A DNA stretch of 64,000 bases, taken from the NCBI GenBank assembly GCA_044892525.1, contig CM097885.1, positions 49,974,001-50,038,000 of the forward strand, given 5' to 3'. The position numbers were made by a program, and so were the translations under genes. The notes beneath the pieces are model-generated. The model was not told where the DNA came from and made no database searches. It saw nothing but the letters and a program-made list of their open reading frames with translations. Position 1 is the first letter of the stretch, and each line of letters opens with the position of its first letter. This document shows, in pieces, positions 13,026-27,542 of the stretch. Source of the stretch: Schmidtea polychroa (lineage: Eukaryota).

Positions 13026-13548
13026 ATGACCACATGAAATTATTGGTTAAATAGGTAAAATAAAGTTTAATTTTTAAATTAACTAATCAATGATCTAAAA
13101 TATTAAAGTTAAAGTCAATTTAGGATGAAAGTTTTCTGTGATTTTCAATGTTAATTTTAGATGCAAATCTTCGTCAATTAATCAATGACCACATGAAATT
13201 ATTGGTTAAATATGAAAATAAGGGTTATAATTAGTTGTTAAGTAAATTATGGTGTAAAATTAAGTAATAAAGGATAAATAGGTAAATTAAGGATAAGATA
13301 ATTAAAGTTAAATATTTTAAATAAGTAAATTAAGGTTCAAAATTTAAAATTAAGTAACCAATGGTTCAAATTTTAAATTCAAGCTAAATAAGTAAATTAA
13401 AGTAATAATTTTTAAATTTATTATCAAAAGTTTGAATAACCACCAACTTTTTTGAGAAATGTTATTTTTAATGAAAATTTAAATGGAAATTTTTTTTAAG
13501 TTAAATTTAAATGTAAAATTTTTTCAAAGTCAAATGAAAATTTTAATG

Positions 13549-13620
<72 letters not shown>

Positions 13621-16600
13621 TAATTATAATAATAATAAAAATAATAAAAATAATTCAACAATCAGATTCTAACAACGATCATGTATTTACAACTAGGTGC
13701 TAAAAAATAAGTACCAAATACTTACAACACGATACCATGAACTAACTAACTCTCAAACAACCAGATACTTCCAACTAACTACTAAATATTATTTATTGTA
13801 ATTTATGAAATGCTTTTTAAATTAATTTTTTATCTGTCTTCAAAAATATGTTTAATTACAATCAGTAGAAAAACCTTTTCAAAATGTCTAAATTTAACAA
13901 AAATGATGATTTTCATCAAAAATAAATAATTGTCAACTCATCACTACGTGGAATTGATGATAATTTAAATTAAAATGAAAGACCATAGAATTCTAATTTA
14001 CAAAACATTCTTCTTTTAATTGATTACTACTGACTTATTATTGCAATGTAAAATTCGCATTCAATAAATACTTATTGTTGATCAGTTTTATTATATATAC
14101 TCTGAGTTTATCCAACAGTATGTTTTGACCCCCTAAGGGTACTGGTCGTAAGGGTATTAGTCGTAAAGGTACTAGTCGTAAGGGTATTGGTAACACTCAA
14201 ACACCGCCTACCCATTAACTAGCTACTATGTACTAACAACCAGCAAACAACTAGATATCAAGTACTTACAACCAACATCAACCAGCTACTAACAAATATC
14301 AACCTACAACTAGATACTAACAACATCGCACCAACTACCAAGTACAAGATACCAACAACGTTGTACCAACAACCAGTAACTTACGAACACGGATTTTCAA
14401 CTATATACCAAGTACTTACAACTAGTTACCAATCACTATCAGCAAAATACTATCAACTAGATACCAAGTAACAACAATCAACTAACAACACATAAAAATA
14501 AGAGCAATTAAATACAAAATATTCTTCATCACATACAATGTCTTCTTATCAAAATCTAAAAAGTCAATTAGATACCAACTACCAAGTACCAAGTACTAAC
14601 AACCAACTACCTACAACCAACAACTATGTACTAACAAATTGATCTTTAAAAGAAAATACTCATCACTTGAAAAATTGGATGAAAAATTAATTGAATACAA
14701 GTCATCAATAACTTGGTAAAAATTGATTAAATAATTGTAAAAATTTAAATTATTCAAAATAAATATCATAAAAATTTAATTAATGGACAAGAAAGAACAT
14801 TAAATTTGAAACATTAATCATCCAGTAAATAAAAAAATACTGATCATTCAAGTTGAATCAACTAAGTTAATAAATTAATAAGAATTTTGAAATAAGATCT
14901 AATAAATAACTGATTTAGATTGAATAAATTAATTGAAATAAAATTAATTTTAATTATTTTTTTTAAAAGTAATACATGTACTCAAAATGATTGACTGAAT
15001 GCTCAAAATATTCAAAGAATTCAGTAGAAATTCATTAAAATTATCAATGTCATCAATCTACAATAAAAATAATTATCATTAAATTCCAAAAGAGACTAGA
15101 TAACTAATGATAACATCTAATAAACCAGTAAATTCATTTAAATGACAATAATTGGTATATCCAAGTGAATTCTCCAATAAAATCATCTAAAAAGAGTCAT
15201 TTTCCCTTAAATATATCAATATTTAAAGATTAGTATCTTATCGATAAGTACTTGTTAAAGATCATATATTCACCTCAAACTAACAAGATTCCTTAAAATC
15301 CCTTAAATGACTATATTTCTACCCTTAATCCATATGATTACAAATAATTCACTAAAATCATCTAACAAGCATCAAATTTTCCTGAAATAACTCTATCTTT
15401 AAAGATTAGTATTTTATCGATAAATATCCTTAAAAGGTTATATATTTACCTCAGACTAATAAGATTCCTTAAAATCCTTTTAAATGACTAATTCCTATTA
15501 TCACGAATATTGCCCTATAAAACATGTAAAATAATTTGGTCATTAACCCTAAATAATTTATAAAATCTAATGATAAAACCGGTTATAATAAAATTTTTGT
15601 TAATCACTGTAAATTTTTGTAAATCACTGTACTCGAAATTTAAAATAAATATAACTGACTAGGTCCCATTGAAAGATTAAATTTATCCATTCAATAAAAT
15701 AACTTTCTTCAAATGGTCAACTTTTGTCGTTGTGCGTCTAAATAAAGATAAAAATAATTTAAAGTTGATATCAATCCCAATTATCTGTAAAGATTTCATT
15801 GTCAAAACCAAGTAAATCGATCATTATCCCTACTTAATAAAACATTGTTCTAAATTAATTTACTGTGCATTAATCACAACCTAATAAAACGATATAATTT
15901 CACATTACTATTGATTCATAACTGACTAATGTATTGACATTTCCCTTAAAACATTGATATTTTACCAACATCTCCCTTACAATGATATATTCCCATCTTA
16001 ACCTATCCCTCATTAAATTTAACCGACTATATCCCATCATAACCGATCTCTCACCAAATATTTCTACCCTTTTAAACATCTAATCGACTATATCCCTTAA
16101 TTTCCTTAAAAATTCCACCCACTTGAGCCCTTTATTATATCAATCCTCTTAAAATCCTTAGAGAACTTCAAAAATATGACTTTTCATTAACTGTTATAGA
16201 CACCAAATATTCTTCCATTGAAATAATTTAGAAGCTAAATAATAAGAGCCCACTAACCAATCAAAATCATGGAAGGGTAGGGAAAAAATATATTACGTTG
16301 CGGTATTTTAAAAGTTAAATATATTTTAAAAACACATTTTGACGCTAAAGTCGACTTATGTAACACACATAATAAACTGATTATTTCCTACAAATATTTC
16401 ACCCATCAAATACCTAACTGGAGATGATATATATTGTTTGATCATAATTCTTCAGCTATTCAACCAATCATTTTCAAGCACTATCAGCAAACTAAATTTC
16501 TGTATATCCAACAATAATTATCAAGTAAATTTAAATTCCCTGATAAAGTTAACTGGTTTCTTAGCTTATGTTTTTTAAAGATCATCAATGTGTAAATATT

Positions 16601-17699
16601 CTTAGAAAATTATTGAAAAAAAAAATTATCTAGTCAAATATATTACAAAGTTATCATCAAAAATTTATTCAATCACTTAATTATTAACCTAATTGTCAAT
16701 GAAATTAATTTTTATTTAAAAACTATTCAATAAAATACAACTAATTATCAAGAAATTAATTAAATTTATCAATTAAATTTTATCACCATTAAAACTTTTA
16801 ATTTTTAATCTGTCAACATGAAATTCTTAGAAAATTATTCAATATCCTCATAAAAATTTATCCTATCACTTGATTATTGTACAAACTCTAATTATTAACC
16901 TCATTAAAAATAAATTTTTATTTAAAATTAAAAAACAAGTCAATAAAAATACATTCAATTATCAAGAAATTAATTAAATTTACCTTAGAATTAGCATTAA
17001 ATTACAGATATTCACAAAAAATTACGGAAATTCATGAAAATAATAGAAATTCACAAAAATGATAGAAATCCGCAAAAACAATAGAAAATTACTAAAAATG
17101 ATAGAAATTTACTTGAATATTTAATAAAACCATCAACTCTAAAAATTATCAATGAATGCCTTAAACAACAAATTTGCCTAAATAATCATTCAAATAAAAG
17201 CATTAAAAACCTTTACGATCAGTACCCTTGCGACATGTTGAATGTGAGTAGTACTCTTGTGAGCAATACCCATAGGGGGTCAAAACATCTTGTCGGATAA
17301 ACTCAGAGTATATATATAATAAAACGAATTAACTCATTCAAATTTATTATTGAATCAGTAAAATTATCATAAATTTCGATAAAAAATCTTATTCTAAAGT
17401 GGTAAGCAATGTAAAATGAAAAGACAATTATTCTTTAAACTTTGATAAAATTAACAATGAAGATGGTAAGAATCTTCATTAAAGTGAGGAAATTATTCAT
17501 TACTCGATGATAAATTCAAATGGGTGAAAATAATTGGTAGAATAATTCATTAATGGATCATTGAATGGGCATAGATAAGATGAAGGTTGATAAGAATGGA
17601 AATATATTAATTGAATTTATTTAAAATTATTTCATAAAATTCATAAATTTAATAAAAAAAAATCTTAAAAGAAATATTTGTGGGGAATAATTAATCAAA

Positions 17700-17822
17700 A
17701 TCGGGGGGGGGGGGATATAAGTGATTAAATAGTGGAAAATCGGGGGGATATAAGTGATTAAATATTGGAAAATCGGAGGGATATAAGTGAATAATTAATG
17801 GAATATTGAGAATCGGGGGAGT
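17700..17822 (+). repeat. Three to four G-rich ~33-bp units in the palindrome spacer
   Basis: AATCGGGGGGATATAAGTGATTAAAT repeated. Confidence 0.75.
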
Positions 17823-20800
17823 ATCAATGAGAAAGATATATAATTTAAACTACTTTATTACATAACAAGCCGCAACTATTTTATTAAATAACAATCTGTG
17901 AATGGTATTTTACCAACATTTTACCTATTATATAATTTAATTTTAATTGTATTTTTAAAATGTATATATTTTCAATATCATTCTATTGTTTTATTCCAAT
18001 AATAAGTTTTAAAAGTATATAATGATTAATAAATTAATATCTTGTTAACATTTATTTTAGAATTTAAAAAACTTTACTTAAAATTTAGTGAAGTATTTAA
18101 TTTTGATTTTATTTTATAAGACAAATATTTGAGTATTAAATTTAAATTATTTTGGTTGATAATAGTTTTTTTTTCTTTTTTTTTCTTTTTATGATAATTG
18201 CTTTTAAAATTGAAATATTTTAGTGTAAAATAGTAAATTTAATAATGAATCGAATACAATATTAAACGACCTTTTAAAAAAAAATTACTTTTAATATCTA
18301 TTGCCTAATCAATAAGTTTAAAAAGTCTATAACTGTTAATAAATCAATTTCTTATTTACATTTACTTATAAAATTTATATTTTTAAATCATCAAAATTTA
18401 TCCTATCACTTGATTATTGTAAAAACTCTAATTATTAACCTCATTGAAAATAATTTTTATTTAAAAATTTTTATCAATGAATAATTTTTAGAGTTGATAG
18501 TTTTAGTAAATATTCAAGTAAATTTCTATTATTTTCATGAATTTCTATCATTTTTATGAATTTTTATCATTTTTGTGAATTTCTATTATTTTTGCGGATT
18601 TCTATCATTTTTGTGAATATCTGTAATTTTTGTGAATATCTATCATTTTCGTGAATTTTTAATAATTTAATGCTAATTCTAAGATAAATTTAATTAATTT
18701 CTTGATAATTGGATGTATTTTTATTAACTTGTTTTTTAATTTAAAAAAAAATTATTTTCAATGAGGTTAATAATTAGAGTTTTTACAATAATCAAGTGAT
18801 AGGATAAATTTTGATGAGGATATTGAATAATTTTCTAAGAATTTCATGTTGACTGATTAAAGGTTTTAATGGTGATAAATTTAATTGATAAATTTAATTA
18901 ATTTCTTGATAATTAGTGGTATTTTATTGAATAGTTTATAAATAAAAATTAATTTCATTGACAATTAGGTTAATAATTAAGTGATAGAATAAATTTTTGA
19001 TGATAACTTTGTAATGTATTTGACTTAAAAATTTTTTCAATAATTTTCTAAGAATATTTCCATTTACACATTGATGAACTTTTAAAAACCTAAGCTAAGA
19101 AACCAGTTAACTTTATCAAGGACTTTAAATTTACTTGATAATTATTGTAGGATATACAGAAATTTAGTTTGTTGTTACTGCTTGAAAATGATTGGCTGAA
19201 TCGATGAAGAATTATGATCAATCAATATATATCATCTCTAGTTAGGTATTTGATGGTAAATATTTGTAGAAAATTTTAGTGAATTTTGATCTTTTAGTGG
19301 GCTCTTATTATTTAGCTTCTAAATTATTTCAATGGAAGAATATTTGGTGTCTATAACAGTTAATGAAAAGTCATATTTTTGAAGTTCTCTAAGGATTTTA
19401 AGAGGATTGATATATTAAAGGACTCAAGTGGGTGGAATTAAAGGATATAGTCGGTTAGATGTTTAAAAGGGTAGAAATATTTGCTGAGAGATCGGTTAAG
19501 ATGGAAATATATAATTTTTTAATGGGGATATAGTCGGTTAATATGGGAATATTTCATTTTAAGAGGGATATAGTCGGTTGCTTTTAATGAGGGAAGGGTT
19601 TCGATGGGAATCTTTTGAATATTTACATGGGTAATGTTGGTAAAATATCAATATTTTAAGGGAAATTGCAATACATTAGTCAGTTATGAATCAATAATAA
19701 TGCGAAATTATATCGTTTTATTAGGTTGTGATTAATGCACAGTAAATTAATTTAGATTTATGGTTTAGAACAATGTTTTATTAAATTTTCTATTAATTAT
19801 CCAGGGTTTTATTACGTAGTGTTTACTTGGTTTTGACAATGAAATCTTTACAGATAATAAAGATTGACATTTTTATCTTTATTTAGACGGAGATTGACAA
19901 AAGTTGAGAAATATTGACTTAAAACATTGACTAAAGAAAATTCATCTTTATTAAAAGAAATTTATCGGGTGATTTTAATTAGTAATTAAATCGGTTGAAT
20001 ATCTGTATAATATGACCATTTGAAGAATATAGAGATTTTATTGATTAGATAAATTAAATTTTTCAATGGGACCTAGTCAGTTATATTGTAGTAATATTTA
20101 TTTAAAATTTCGAGTACAGTGATTTACATTTAGAACAAAAATTTAATTATAACTGGTTTTATCAATAGTGAAATATGTATGATAATAGGAATTAAAGATA
20201 TAATTATAGTCATTTAAAGGGATTTTAAGGAATCTTATTAGTTTGAGGTGAATATATGATCTTTAACAAGTATTTATCATTAAAATACCAATCTTTAAAT
20301 ATTGATATATTTAGGGGAAATGATTCTTTTTAGATGATTTTATTGTCATTTAAATGAATTCACTGGTTTATTAGATGTTATCAGTAGTTATGATTGTAAT
20401 GAATTCATACTGATTTTTGGAATATATTGAGCAATCAGTCAATCAATTTGAGTACATGTATTACTTTTAAAAAAAAATAATTAAAATTAATTTTATTTCA
20501 ATTAATTTATTCAATCTAAAAGAATTATCTACTAGATCTTATTTCAAAATTCTTATTAACTTGAATGATCAGTATTTTCTTTATTTACTTGATGATTAAT
20601 GACTAGAATTTAAAGTTCTTTCCTGTCCATTAATTACATTTTTATAATATTTATTTCGTATATTTTGAATAAATTTAAATTTTTACAATTATTTAATCAA
20701 TTTTTACCAAGTTATTGATGCCTTGAGTTCAATTAATTTTTCATCCAATTTTTCAAGTGATGAGTATTTTCTTTTAAAGATCAATTTGTTAGTACATAGT

Positions 20801-21746
20801 TGTTGGTTGTAAGTAGTTGGTTGACTTTTTAGATTTTGATAAGAAGATAGTGTATGTGATGAAGAATATTTTGTATTTAATTGCTATTATTTTTATGTGT
20901 GGTTAGTTGATTGTTGGTATCTAGTTGTTGGTATCTTGTATTTGGTAGTTGGTACAGTGTTGTTTACTGATTGTTGTTATATAGTTGTAGGTTGATAATG
21001 CTTAGTACCTGGTTGATGTTGGTTGTGAGTACTTGGTATCTGGTACCTAGTTGGTTGTTAGTACTTAGTAGCTAGTTAATGGGTAGGTTGCGGTTGAGTG
21101 TTACGAATACCCTTACGACCAGAACCCTTACGACCAGTACCCTTACAACCAGTACCTTAAAGGGGTCAAAACATCCTGTCGGATAAACTCAGAGTATATA
21201 TAATAAAACTGATCAACAATAAGTATTTATTGAATGCGATTTTTACTTTGCAATAATAAGTCAATAGTAATCAATTAAAAGAAGAATGTTTTGTAAATTA
21301 GAATTCATTAGTCTTTCATTGTAATTTAAATTATTTTGAATTCCACGTGGTGTTTTAAAGTGGTTGTCAATTATTTATTTTTTGATGAAAATCAACATTT
21401 TTGTTAAATTTAGACATTTTGAAAAGGTTTTGCTACTGATTGTAATTAAAATATATTTTTGAAGATAGATAAAAAATTAATTTAAAATACATTTCATAAA
21501 ATACAATGAAGAAGATTTAGTCGGTTGTTGGTACTTGGTTGTTTTTACTTGGTGTTTGAGAGTTAGTTAGGACATGGTATCATGTTCTAAGTATTTGGTA
21601 CTTATTTTTAAGCACTTAGCTGTAAATACATGATCGTTGTTGGAATCTGATTGTTGAATTATTATTATTATTTTTATTATTATTATAATTATTTTTATTA
21701 ATATTAGTATTATTTTTTTTATTAATATTAATATTATTATTATTAA

Positions 21747-21806
<60 letters not shown>

Positions 21807-22403
21807 TACTATTATTATTATTAATATTATTATTCCATTAAAATTTTCATTTGACTTTGAAAAATATTTCATTAAAAATTTTCATTAAAAATTATCATTG
21901 AAAATTATTCCATAAAAATTTCCATTAAAAATTACCGTTGAAAAATATTTCATTAAAATTTCTATTAAAAATTACTTAAAAAATTATTTCATAAAAATTT
22001 TCATTAAAAAATTTCAATTCTCAAACACCTACTATTATTCCAACTTTTTGTTAATAAATTTAAAAATCTTACTTTAATTTACTTATTACATTACTTTAAT
22101 TTACTTATTTAAAAATTATTACTTTAATTTACTTATTTAACTTTAATTTAAAATTTTTTACCATTGATTACTTAATTTTAAAATTTGGACCTTAACTAAC
22201 TTTAATTTAATTTTTTAGAACCTTAATTTAGTTATTTGAGCCCATTCATTACTTTAATTTAAAATTTGAACCATTATTTACTTATTTGAGCCCATTGATA
22301 ACTTTAATTTAAAATTTTGGACCTTGATTTACTTTAATTTTAAATTTTGAACCTTAATTCACTTATTTGAACGCATTGATTATTTTAATTCAAATATTTA
22401 GAC

Positions 22404-22780
22404 CAGCTATGTCCAACCCGCGGCCCGTTTTGTATAAATATTTATTGTAATGAAATATCAAATATAAATTTTTATTGTAGTAAAATATCACATGTGCGTT
22501 CAAAATTTTTTTTTAATGTGAATTTTTTTATTTTTTTTTAAACAAACGGTTACTTTTAAGATTTTTTTTTAGTTTTAACTATCATGCATAAAATGGTTGC
22601 TATGATTACAAGTAAAAAATTGTTTAAAAAATCATTATTATTTCATTTATAATCAAATATCATTGAGTAAATTATTTTTAATTTATTTTAATCTTAGTCT
22701 TTTCATTATTACATATATTTAATTGTGACAAAAAAGATTTTTCTAAATATGCACAAGAAATTACCAATTTACTACAAGAA
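22404..22780 (+). mobile_element. Truncated hAT/Charlie-like MITE end, flanked by a ~400-bp direct duplication (22005-22403 / 22784-23183)
   Basis: Starts CAGCTATGTCCAACCCGCGGCCCG; the sequence preceding it is repeated after it. Confidence 0.5.
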
Positions 22781-23579
22781 TTAATTAAAAAATTTCAATT
22801 CTCAAACCTACTATTATTCCAACTTTTTGTTAATAAATTTAAAAATCTTACTTTAATTTACTTATTACATTACTTTAATTTACTTATTTAACTTTAATTT
22901 AAAATTTTTTACCATTGATTACTTAATTTTAAAATTTGGACCTTAATTAACTTTTATTTAATTTTTTAGAACCTTAATTTAGTTATTTGAGCCCATTCAT
23001 TACTTTAATTTAAAATTTGAACCATTATTTACTTTAATAAAAAAATTTGAACCTTAATTTACTTATTTGAGCCCATTGATAACTTTAATTTAAAATTTTG
23101 GACCATTATTTACTTTAATTTAAAAATTTGAACCTTAATTCACTTATTTGAACCCATTGATTACTTTAATTCAAATATTTAGACCATAATTTACTTATTT
23201 GAACCTATTCATTACTTTAATTTTATAATTTGAACCTTAATCTAATTTAATTGAAAAATTTGGACCATAATTTACTGTAATTCAATAATTAGACCGATTA
23301 TTTAATGTAATTCAAAAATTTGGACCATTATTTACTTTAATTTATAAATCTTTGCCTATAATTTACTGTAATTCAATTTTTAGACCCATAATTTGCTTTA
23401 TTTTAAAAATTTATTACGCCTTTTTAGTGTTGACCACTTTTTTTATTGAAATTCTCAGGACCAAGAAGACCCACCTTAATTTACTTTGAATATTTTATGC
23501 TTTTTTAGTGTAGACCGTCTTTTTGTATTGAAAATATCCTGAGACCTTAAATTACCATGTTTTTATTGAAGACCGCCTT

Positions 23580-24374
23580 TCAAAGGTCAATTATTACGTA
23601 AGGGGGTCAATAATTACATAAGTTAAAATCAATTATTACGCAATCAAAAATGTAATCACGTTACCTTATATATGATTATGTAACTTTATAAAATTATGTA
23701 ATGCCATACCACCCCATAGGGTATCCATACAAATATTACGTAATACTGTATATCCTGGGATATTTGTCTTGGTTTATACTCCTCACTTGTCAATACTGTA
23801 TCAAAATGTATTGAATTTTTTCCAGGGATATTTGGCTTGGCTTATACTCCTCACTACTCTAATGAAGTATAATTATTATATAATAGGTCAAAGAACAATT
23901 ATTATGTAAGGGGTCAAAGGTCAATTATTACATAAGGGGGTCAATTATTACATACGTTAAAAATAAATTATTGTGTAATCAAACACATAATTACGTCTCC
24001 CTACATGTGGTTACGTAACTTTATAAAATTATGTAATTTCATACCACCACTGGGGTTCCTATACAAATATTACGTAATAATGTATATCCTGGGATATTTG
24101 GCTTGGTTTATACTCCTCACTAATCTAATGAAGTATAATTGTTATGTAAGAGGTCAAAGGTCAATTATTACATAGGGGTGTCAATTATTAGTTAAAATTA
24201 AAAAATCAATTATCGCGTAATCAAAAATATAATTACGTCACCCTATATATTATTATGTAATTTTACAAAATTGTGTAAAACCATACCACCCCCTAGGGTA
24301 CCCATTCAAATATTACGTAATACTGTATATCGTGGGATATTTGGCTTGGTTTATACTTCTCACTTGTCACTACT
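23580..24374 (+). repeat. Subterminal tandem units, each ending in a copy of the terminal motif
   Basis: GGGATATTTG(G/T)CTTGG(T/C)TTATACT(C/T)CTCAC at ~23757, 23825, 24091 and 24334; CAAAGGTCAATTATTAC recurs at each unit start. Confidence 0.85.
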
Positions 24375-24769
24375 CCCGTTAGTATAAAATAACCACGAAT
24401 GCTATAGCGGTAAACGTTGAACTTTGCGTTCTACTTGTATTGCAATTGCTTTTAGTTTTTAAGTTAAGACATTACGCATATAGTATAAAATTGGCACAAA
24501 ATTCGTAAAAAATTACACGTTAAACTGTCTGGCACTTTACATTTACATTTAAAAAACCAAATATTTATAAGCACTAACAAAAATTGAGATAAAATTAAAA
24601 TATGAAAAGCGAAAATATAAAAGGTATAATTTTCAATTTTCATTAAGATTGAGGCGTAGACCTAGCACACCTGGAATATGTTCATGATCTCAATTTTTAA
24701 ATAAATTCAAATTTTCTGGGGAGCAATAACATGCCTAAAGGTCAAATAAAAGGACAACTATAGAAAAAA

Positions 24770-26915
24770 ATGCAATAAATAAACATAATAAAGTACTGTA
24801 AATATAAATCTGTTTAAAAAATAAATAGAACCTGTTTCTGGGATGAAAGCTACTTGTTCAGAAAAGGAAGATGTTGAATTCTTCTCGGTAGGACAATCTA
24901 ATAATTCAATGTATTACATAAATATTAGAAGATGGGCGAAGGATAAAAATTTAGAATATTGCATCATAAGTAATAATAAATACAGAATAAATATCTAAGT
25001 ACAAATCAGCGAATTAGAAATTTTAGATCCCATGATAATCTTAACATTTATTATTGATTTTGTGAATATATTTTATCATTGATTTATTTATTAATGATTA
25101 TGTGATGATCTTTATTGAAACACTTGTGACTATTTATATTTATTGTTTATTAATGATATTTTATTGCATAAAAATGCAAAGATAAAAGACAAAATATAGA
25201 AAATATCCAATAACTAAACATAATAAAAAACTGAAAATATAAATCTGTTTAAAAATTAAATAAAACCTTTTCCTAGGGGGATCCATTCTTCTTTTGTAGG
25301 TGAGGAAGATGTTGGATTGTTTCCGATAAGACTATCTAATAATTCAATATATTACATAAATATTAGAAGATGGGCGAAGGATAAAATTTTAAAATTAAAA
25401 TATTGGATCATAAGTAATAATGAATACAGAATAAATATCTACGTACAAATCAAAGAATTACAAATAATAGCTATTGAGTTCGGAATCCCATGATAATCTT
25501 AACATTTATTATGGACTTTGTGAATATATTTTATCATTGATTTATTTATTCATTATTGTGTGATTATCTTTATTAGGATTCTCATCCGTTACAACATTAA
25601 TATCTGTTTGCAAATCACTAAATAATTCCATAAATTTTATTCAATAAATTTTACACTCAAAAACCTGTCTTTCTTATTTTTGTTATTTAAACAAATTTCA
25701 ATTTTCCTTTGAAAATATTTTTCGATAAAAATCTTTTTTTAAATTTAACAAAATTTCTAATTAAATCTTTAAGAATCTATCAACTTCCTCTTAATCTTTA
25801 TTGAAACACTTGTGACTATTTATATTTATTGTTTATTAATGATATTTTATTGCATAAAAATGCAAAGATAAAAGACAAAATATAGAAAATATCCAATAAC
25901 TAAACATAATAAAAAACTGAAAATATAAATCTGTTTAAAAATTAAATAAAACCTTTTCCTAGGGGGATCCATTCTTCTTTTGTAGGTGAGGAAGATGTTG
26001 GATTGTTTCCGATAAGACTATCTAATAATTCAATATATTACATAAATATTAGAAGATGGGCGAAGGATAAAATTTTAAAATTAAAATATTGGATCATAAG
26101 TAATAATGAATACAGAATAAATATCTACGTACAAATCAAAGAATTACAAATAATAGCTATTGAGTTCGGAATCCCATGATAATCTTAACATTTATTATGG
26201 ACTTTGTGAATATATTTTATCATTGATTTATTTATTCATTATTGTGTGATTATCTTTATTAGGATTCTCATCCGTTACAACATTAATATCTGTTTGCAAA
26301 TCACTAAATAATTCCATAAATTTTATTCAATAAATTTTACACTCAAAAACCTGTCTTTCTTATTTTTGTTATTTAAACAAATTTCAATTTTCCTTTGAAA
26401 ATATTTTTCGAAAAAATATTTTTTAAGAATGCTAAATTTCAGTCTTCTTTTTAAAATATTTTTCAATAAAAATATTTTTTTAAATTTAACAAAATTTCTA
26501 ATTAAATCTTTCAGAATCTATCAACTTCCTCTTAATCTTGATTGAAACACTTGTGACTATTTATATTTATTGTTTATCAATTATATTTTATTGCATAAAA
26601 ATGCAAAGATAAAACGCAAAATATAGAAAAAATCCAATAATTAAACATAATAAAAAACCGAAAATATAAATCTGTTTAAAAATTAAATAAAACCTGTTTC
26701 TGGGGGGGTCCCTTCATCTTTTGTATGGCAGGAAGTTGGTTTTTTCTTCTTATGACAATCTAATAATTCAATGGATTACATAAATATTAAAAGGATAAAA
26801 ATTTTTAAATAAAAACATTATGAACTTCATGAATAAATTTTATCATTAACATATTCATCATGATTTTGTGATGATCTTTATTGATATACTTGTGACTATT
26901 AATATTTTATGGTTT
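24770..26915. repeat. Tandem array with a ~685-bp unit (25110-25795 nearly identical to 25796-26540) plus partial diverged copies
   Basis: Recurrent ATTGAAACACTTGTGACTAT, AGAAGATGGGCGAAGGATAAA and ATTAGGATTCTCATCCGTT. Confidence 0.9.
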
Positions 26916-26930
26916 ATTATTATAATGGTT

Positions 26931-26932
<2 letters not shown>

Positions 26933-27011
<79 letters not shown>
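26933..27011 (+). repeat. (AAT)n microsatellite
   Basis: Pure AAT run; others at 27733-27825 and 13551-13617. Confidence 0.95.
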
Positions 27012-27012
<1 letters not shown>

Positions 27013-27542
27013 TTAATTCTTTGATAATAATAATATTTATTTGTTAATGAGGAGATTCGTTTGGCGGCTTGGATCCTGATGATAGAGAAGATTTATGATA
27101 GAATTGCTAAGGATTTATGATAGACATGTTTTATTTTAATATATCTAAAAAAAGAAAGGTGATTTATTTGATATTGATTTATAAAAAACATTTTATTAAA
27201 ACTTTTTATTGAAAACTGGTTATAGTTTTCACAATTCTTACAACAGTTCAAATTTGATTATTTCACATAAGTGTTAACTTTTGTAAGAATTTGGTAGAAA
27301 TTTTATTATTATATTTTTATTATTACATTTTTATTGTGTAATAATGTTGCAGTGGGCACGCAACATTATTTATCGGTTAATAGTATTTTTATTTTATTAA
27401 AAAAAATAAAAGGAAATTTGAAACTCAACCAAAACAATAATAATAATTAAAATAATAATAATAATTCTAATAATAATAATAATATTTTTGAAAGTAATTC
27501 TTTGAAAATAATTCTTTGAATATAATAATAATAATAATAATA

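Larger units (their letters stand above)
11850..23580. repeat. Giant imperfect inverted repeat: arms ~11850-17150 and ~18480-23580, spacer ~1.3 kb
   Basis: Mirror pairs read by eye: 12181/22030, (AAT)n 13551 with (ATT)n 21750, 13680/21600, 14100/21190, 15660/20070, 16200/19350, 17000/18670, 17110/18520. Confidence 0.93.
11640..24374. mobile_element. 12.7-kb non-coding foldback element with Maverick/Polinton-type termini (putative non-autonomous Maverick)
   Basis: Left end AGTAGTGACAAGCGAGGAGTATAGACCAAGCCAAATATC is the near reverse complement of the right end GATATTTGGCTTGGTTTATACTTCTCACTTGTCACTACT. Flanks CCAGTT / CCCGTT form a 6-bp TSD with one mismatch. Confidence 0.8.

Noticed and set aside
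21567..21872. Poly-Ile ORF inside the palindrome
   Set aside because: Microsatellite artefact; no coding signal.
11850..23580. Palindrome as a chimeric-read or assembly artefact
   Set aside because: The arms differ by many substitutions, indels and arm-specific insertions, and the unit is bounded by TIRs and a TSD; long-read confirmation is still advisable.
27076..27110. CTGATGA as a second hammerhead core
   Set aside because: No stem II or GAAA box follows.
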